Shown: positions 58,519 to 64,000 of the stretch, piece after piece
Layout of the letters: every line of letters begins with the position of its first letter
Numbering within the stretch: position 1 is the first letter of the stretch
Assembly (NCBI GenBank): GCA_039934415.1
Contig: JBDTME010000004.1
Location: 632-64,631, forward strand
Direction: 5' to 3'
Length of the DNA: 64,000 nt
Origin: Patescibacteria group bacterium
Lineage (GTDB): Bacteria > Patescibacteriota > Microgenomatia > UBA1400 > PJMF01
Notes under the pieces: generated by a model
What the model saw: only the letters and a program-made list of their open reading frames with translations
What the model was told of the DNA's origin: nothing
Database searches by the model: none
Made by a program: the position numbers and the translations under genes

Positions 58519-59688
58519 ATGTCAGAACAGACTCGAGAGTTGGACCATACCTCAGAATTAAAGAAAGAGAAAGAAACTCTATCAAGAAGAGACTTTTTGA
58601 AGGGTTTAGGGGTGGCTGGTGCTGCTCTCACTACTGCTGCAGTTGTGCCTTCGTTCCTGTCTGAAGGGAAAGTGAGAGCTGAAGATGGTATTGAGGAGCT
58701 TTTGTCTCAAATTGAGAGTATGTCGTTGGTTGAGCTTGAACAAGCTATTTTTCATGAGTATCCAGTCATTCCTGATTTAGAGAAAATTGGAGAAAGACTG
58801 AAAAGTATTACTGACATTTCAAAAGGAGGTACCCTGATGAAGTCTGGTACTTCAGTAGCTTGGGGAATGCTGAGGAGCATTTATGGGGATAATGTGAATC
58901 AAGAAAGCATTGATTTTGGAGATGAAAAATATAAACTGGAAAAAGTACTAGAGTATTTTCAAATTCCTTTTTGGGCTATAGATATTTGCGCAATATCAGG
59001 TGTTGATATAGGTCAGCTTATTCATGATTCTTATACCTGTATTGGTCTTACACAGGAACAACGACCATTTGATGTGCCTCCAATGCCTTGTTTACCAAAT
59101 ACTGGGGTGAACGATTCGTACATCGAACATTTTAAGCCAGATGTTGCTTTAAATTTTATAGGGACCAATTTAATTAGACATGGAACTTCTTTGAATGATT
59201 TTGCACTGCAAGTGCAAGAGCTCATTACTTATTATCTCAGTAATGGCATCATTCCCATTTTAACAACTTTTCCTCAACCCAAGAATTCAACAGATGAAGT
59301 GTATAAAAACTGGTTTGAACATCCAAAGCTCTACATACCTGCTGATAAAAAAGCAGAGGATGTTGTCAATGAAGCACTGAAAGATCGAGTATTGTTTGTC
59401 CCTGAACGGGCTTTTAAATATAATATACTTTTGTTGAAAATGGCAGAGATGTACCAAATTCCAATTATCAATACCGAACGCGGAGCAGTTGAACGTGCGC
59501 AAAATGATGGAATTGTTACCACAGAATATGGAGGCGCGGAGATAGATCCACTTCATTTTTCAAAATTGCTTGATATCCCCCCTTTTGAAATGCCCAAAGA
59601 AAATGAAAAATTTCGATATGGTGAGCAAACTATTACTTATTTTACAGTTCAGACCTTATATGAATTATTGAAAGTAATGGGAAAATGA
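58519..59688 (+). CDS. SGNH/GDSL-hydrolase-like protein with twin-arginine-type signal, paralog 2
   Basis: SRRDFLK, GTSVA, IGTN and DPLHFS motifs. Confidence 0.65.
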   Translation: MSEQTRELDHTSELKKEKETLSRRDFLKGLGVAGAALTTAAVVPSFLSEGKVRAEDGIEELLSQIESMSLVELEQAIFHEYPVIPDLEKIGERLKSITDISKGGTLMKSGTSVAWGMLRSIYGDNVNQESIDFGDEKYKLEKVLEYFQIPFWAIDICAISGVDIGQLIHDSYTCIGLTQEQRPFDVPPMPCLPNTGVNDSYIEHFKPDVALNFIGTNLIRHGTSLNDFALQVQELITYYLSNGIIPILTTFPQPKNSTDEVYKNWFEHPKLYIPADKKAEDVVNEALKDRVLFVPERAFKYNILLLKMAEMYQIPIINTERGAVERAQNDGIVTTEYGGAEIDPLHFSKLLDIPPFEMPKENEKFRYGEQTITYFTVQTLYELLKVMGK

Positions 59689-59704
59689 GAAAGCAACGAT
59701 TAAT

Positions 59705-60898
59705 TTATTTAACAAAATATTTTTTCGCTTTTAACTGCTCAGGTAACAAGCTTTCTTTACTATACATTTCATATCCTTTGCCATAATCCAACTTTTTCAT
59801 GAGTTTGGTGGGCGCGTTTCTCAAATTAAGAGGAATTGGTAAATTGCCATGGGTTTTGACATCGGCTAACGCGGCAAAATATGCGTCGTATGCTGAACGA
59901 TCTTTTTTGCAATTACAAAGATAGGCAACTCCGTGTGCTAAATTAATCTGTGCTTCGGGATAGCCAATTTTATTGACTGCTTCAAATACTGCATTTGCTA
60001 CGACTAATGCTGTGGGTACAGCAAGCCCAATATCTTCACTAGAAAATACGATCATTCTTCTTGCGATAAATTTAGGATCTTCTCCAGCGTCAACCATTCT
60101 GGCTAAGTAATACAATGCAGCATCAGTATTGCTCGCGCGCATCGATTTGATAAAAGCCGAAATAGTGTTGTAGTGCTCTTCTCCTTTTTTATCAAAACGC
60201 AAATGTTTGGATTGCAAAGTATTCTTCAATGATTCTAGATCGAGATTCTCATACAATTGAAAAGCATTTCCGATCATTGTCAGTGCTTGTCGTGCGTCGC
60301 CATTGGCTAACTGCACTAACCACTCTCTGGCATCCTTTTTCATTTTTTGCTTTGATTTAAGACCCAACATTGTGACTGCCCTATCCACAATTTCACCCAT
60401 TTCTTGGTCAGTGAGTTCTTGCAAAACAAATACTCTTGAACGGGAAAGAAGCGGAGAAATGACTTCAAAACTAGGATTTTCAGTTGTGGCGCCGATTAAA
60501 ATAATTCGTCCACTTTCGACATAAGGTAATAGAAAATCTTGCTGGGCTTTATTAAAGCGATGAATTTCATCCAGAAAGACAATCGGAGCTGCGTAACTTT
60601 GCCCTAACGTTTTCTGACGGTAGGTTTGATCGATGATGTCTTTAATGTCTTGTTTATTCGCACTAACTGCGGACAACTCAAAGTACTCGCGACCAGTTTC
60701 TTTGGCAATGATGCGAGCTAACGTGGTCTTCCCTACTCCAGGCGGTCCCCAAAAAATCATAGAGAACGCTTGTTTGGATTCAATGAGAGTGCGAATTGGC
60801 TTACCCGGTCCGACTAAATGGGATTGGCCAATATACTCACCAAGCGAAGTAGGACGTAAAATATCAGCTAGCGGACGATTTTCAATCTCAGAGTTCAT
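59705..60898 (-). CDS. rarA: Replication-associated recombination protein A (MgsA)
   Basis: WGPPGVGKTT, DEIHRFNKAQQD, GATTENP and SEDIG motifs. Confidence 0.96.
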   Translation of the reverse strand: MNSEIENRPLADILRPTSLGEYIGQSHLVGPGKPIRTLIESKQAFSMIFWGPPGVGKTTLARIIAKETGREYFELSAVSANKQDIKDIIDQTYRQKTLGQSYAAPIVFLDEIHRFNKAQQDFLLPYVESGRIILIGATTENPSFEVISPLLSRSRVFVLQELTDQEMGEIVDRAVTMLGLKSKQKMKKDAREWLVQLANGDARQALTMIGNAFQLYENLDLESLKNTLQSKHLRFDKKGEEHYNTISAFIKSMRASNTDAALYYLARMVDAGEDPKFIARRMIVFSSEDIGLAVPTALVVANAVFEAVNKIGYPEAQINLAHGVAYLCNCKKDRSAYDAYFAALADVKTHGNLPIPLNLRNAPTKLMKKLDYGKGYEMYSKESLLPEQLKAKKYFVK

Positions 60899-60988
60899 AT
60901 GAATTCATAATAAAGGAATTTTTATCTTCGGTAAAGATTCGGATTATCTGTTTTCCTCTAGCTCACAAATTTTTTTAACGTATCTATA

Positions 60989-61549
60989 ATGAATTACAGT
61001 ATGACCGAACTTCAGGATTTTGTTGCCCAGCTCCCTGAACCAATCATCCAAATCAAGCGATTAGGTGGTCAGGATGGTTTGGACTTCACTGTACAAAAAG
61101 GCTTCATTGCTGAAATTCCAGGTAAAGAATACTTTATACATTGTCGAGCGATGCTCCCGCTTAAAGATTTTAAAAGTGGAGTGGGATTTGGGCTATGGGT
61201 AGCCATTTCTAAACCAGATTTTGACCGCTACTTGCGTGCAACTGACGATGATGAGCTCTATCGACAATTTGCAGCTGTGGGATCACTTGCCAACGACTGG
61301 CCCGGTTTTCCTGGGACACTGGCCGATCGAGTCAGAGTCAGAACCGTACATCTTTCTGAAAAAGTCTACATTACCGAGTACTTATCCGAACCAAAAGACG
61401 TACTGATGCGAGTTTCTTTACTTGCTCAGCCAGATAATTTTGAAACAAAAGAACGCATCCGTGACCAAGCCATGAGTTACTTGATCGAATTAAACCAGTT
61501 CGCTCAGTCCCATCATGAACCAAATTTCTCCTCAACAGAGACAAATTAA
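60989..61549 (+). CDS. DUF2199-like protein
   Basis: YFI....LP, GFGLWV.IS..DF and G.LAN motifs. Confidence 0.6.
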   Translation: MNYSMTELQDFVAQLPEPIIQIKRLGGQDGLDFTVQKGFIAEIPGKEYFIHCRAMLPLKDFKSGVGFGLWVAISKPDFDRYLRATDDDELYRQFAAVGSLANDWPGFPGTLADRVRVRTVHLSEKVYITEYLSEPKDVLMRVSLLAQPDNFETKERIRDQAMSYLIELNQFAQSHHEPNFSSTETN

Positions 61550-61570
61550 TCTGGTAGAATACACCATGTA

Positions 61571-61643
61571 CGGGGCGTGGCTCAGTTGGTAGAGTGCTCG
61601 CTTTGGGAGCGAGAGGTCGTGAGTTCGAGTCTCACCGCCCCGA
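61571..61643 (+). tRNA. tRNA-Pro(TGG)
   Basis: Anticodon arm CTCGC-TTTGGGA-GCGAG. Confidence 0.95.
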
Positions 61644-61695
61644 CAAATTCCCAAGTGATGTTTTAGTTCTTTTTTATGCGTCGGTAGCTAAACAA

Positions 61696-61769
61696 GCGTC
61701 GGTAGCTCAGCTGGATAGAGCAACTGCCTTCTAAGCAGTAGGTCGTGAGTTCGAGTCTCACCCGACGCA
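61696..61769 (+). tRNA. tRNA-Arg(TCT)
   Basis: Anticodon arm ACTGC-CTTCTAA-GCAGT. Confidence 0.95.
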
Positions 61770-61862
61770 CTTTCCTGTATTGCCAACTAAATTTGCTTGT
61801 ATTGTGTCTAAATGTGATTTAGAATCCTCTGAAAATTGATGTATAATGTTCTTAACAAATCC

Positions 61863-62537
61863 ATGGTACCTCCTTCCTTAACCCACCAGCCAAAAGTGAT
61901 TGTTTGTGATGTCGATAAAACCTTAACCGCTGCTAACACGTGGTTTTCTTTGACGACAGCACTCGGTGGTGATATCGAGAAACATTTCCAAATTTATAAT
62001 GCGTACTTCAATGAAAAAATTTCGACTGAGGATATGAAAAAAGGGTTATTTGAGATGTGGGAAAAAGGACACCACTCAAAAATACATCGTGACGAGCTAG
62101 AAGACATTTTATTTAAGATACCACTCAGAGGTGAAGCATTTTCGACTTTTGCTGAGCTAAGAGATAAAGGGTACACCCTCTGCTTAATTTCCAGTTCGAT
62201 TGATATCTTTGTAAAGATGGTTGCTCAACGCTTGCAACTTGATCATTGGTATGCCAACTCTGAGTTCATTTTTGATGACAAGGGCTACTGGATCGATTTC
62301 AAATATGATCGAGATGAGGCTGGTCTAAAACTGAGACAGATTAGAGAATTCTTGAGAAAACAAGGTGTTTCTGATGATGAATGTTTGATTTTGGGCGATG
62401 GATCAAGCGAAATTAAGCTATTTGAAAATTATCCTGGAATTGCTGTAGATTCCGAGAATGAAACAATCAAGAAACTCGCTTGGCAAGAAATAAAATATCT
62501 TCCTACCGTTCTTCAGCTCCTACAAGAAATTTCTTGA
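61863..62537 (+). CDS. HAD-IB (phosphoserine phosphatase-like) hydrolase
   Basis: DVDKTL, ISSS, K and GDGSSE motifs. Confidence 0.85.
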   Translation: MVPPSLTHQPKVIVCDVDKTLTAANTWFSLTTALGGDIEKHFQIYNAYFNEKISTEDMKKGLFEMWEKGHHSKIHRDELEDILFKIPLRGEAFSTFAELRDKGYTLCLISSSIDIFVKMVAQRLQLDHWYANSEFIFDDKGYWIDFKYDRDEAGLKLRQIREFLRKQGVSDDECLILGDGSSEIKLFENYPGIAVDSENETIKKLAWQEIKYLPTVLQLLQEIS

Positions 62538-62563
62538 CTTTGTGTTAAAATATAGGCTGATTT

Positions 62564-63418
62564 ATGCCTGAAGCTCTCGAGAGACGCCTATTTGGTGCAC
62601 TAATAGATATTGATGGAACCCTGACACATTTGGGTTCTGTTTCTTGGTTGGATTTTACTGAGCAGATGTATCTCATGGCACATAAACCAATTGGAGTGGC
62701 AAAAGAAGCCAGAGAGACACACAAAAAGATTTTCGGTGAATTCTTGGGTGACATTGCAAAGTTAAAAACTAAGGATGAAAAAGAAGCTAGAATTGCAGTG
62801 CTCAATACAGACTTGTTTGGACAAGTTTGGCGTGCTTCTGGATTGGTTCTGGATAGAAAGACTGTTGAGCAAATTTCTAGGACAAGTCTCTCAATGAGAC
62901 TAAGAGATGAGGGGGTCCGATTCTTAACCTTTTTAAGAATGTTGAAGGAGCAACTCGACATTCCCGTTTTTGTGCTTACTGCAGCGTACTCCATCCTTTC
63001 AGAGGTGGTAGCGAAGGATTTTGGTTTATCTGGAGGAAGAGCTGCTTCACAAATGATTTTTGACGGAGATTCACCTGAATCTTTGTGGGTGGATTTCACG
63101 CTGGATTACGACTTGAATAGAAGTAAGGTGAGAAATGCAGATGAGTTAATAGGTGAAGGACAACTGCCTCATAAGAAAAAAGGTATCTTTGCATTTGGGG
63201 ATGGACCAACTGAGAGAGAGTTACTTGAGTATTACCCGAACAATGCAATCCTCTCTCATTATCCAATAGATTCGGATAGGGTTTCTGCTTACGTCACAAC
63301 TCTAGATGAAGCAATGATACTCATTTATGACCAGTTAGGTCCTGATGGTGAAAAGTTAGTCTTCTCAGACACAGACGGTATTGCTAAAATTGTTCGAAAT
63401 CGAGACCAAAATGGATAA
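62564..63418 (+). CDS. HAD-IB-like hydrolase
   Basis: DIDGTL, LTA, SK and GDGPTE motifs. Confidence 0.75.
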   Translation: MPEALERRLFGALIDIDGTLTHLGSVSWLDFTEQMYLMAHKPIGVAKEARETHKKIFGEFLGDIAKLKTKDEKEARIAVLNTDLFGQVWRASGLVLDRKTVEQISRTSLSMRLRDEGVRFLTFLRMLKEQLDIPVFVLTAAYSILSEVVAKDFGLSGGRAASQMIFDGDSPESLWVDFTLDYDLNRSKVRNADELIGEGQLPHKKKGIFAFGDGPTERELLEYYPNNAILSHYPIDSDRVSAYVTTLDEAMILIYDQLGPDGEKLVFSDTDGIAKIVRNRDQNG

Positions 63419-63468
63419 AATTGTTTCTATAGAAAGCGCTTTTCCTATCTGGTAAAATACACTCTATT

Positions 63469-64000
<532 letters not shown>

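Overview
This is a 64 kb chromosomal window, most likely from a Patescibacteria (CPR, Microgenomates-like) bacterium using the standard genetic code. That call is inferred from gene content: a trigger factor lacking the FKBP domain, a short HolA, tRNAs mostly without encoded CCA, and -10 boxes close to start codons. The left third holds housekeeping genes (tig, GlmU-like, polyprenyl synthase, lon with a CIRCE element, lexA). It also holds a fermentation cluster (PMM/PGM, PpsA-like, enolase, iPGM, ADP-forming acetate-CoA ligase, 2-oxoacid:ferredoxin oxidoreductase), in which several enzymes have non-canonical catalytic residues. The middle has a secretin-less Tad/Flp pilus locus, glycan hydrolases, tRNA clusters (14 tRNA genes in the window), a decayed islet with a HEPN-like gene, and trpS. 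It also has a head-to-head Elp3 / Trm9-like methyltransferase pair that suggests a eukaryote/archaea-type mcm5U34 pathway. The right third contains a cassette-like accessory array (about 50-54.4 kb) downstream of tRNA-Gly(TCC). The array is built from two repeat families: a two-copy structured RNA-like element with compensatory changes, and a three-copy tRNA-3'-like junction followed by a conserved 38-codon frame. The window ends in a probable large serine recombinase reading into tRNA-His, marking an integrated element. All calls come from reading the sequence and motifs by eye; no searches were run.
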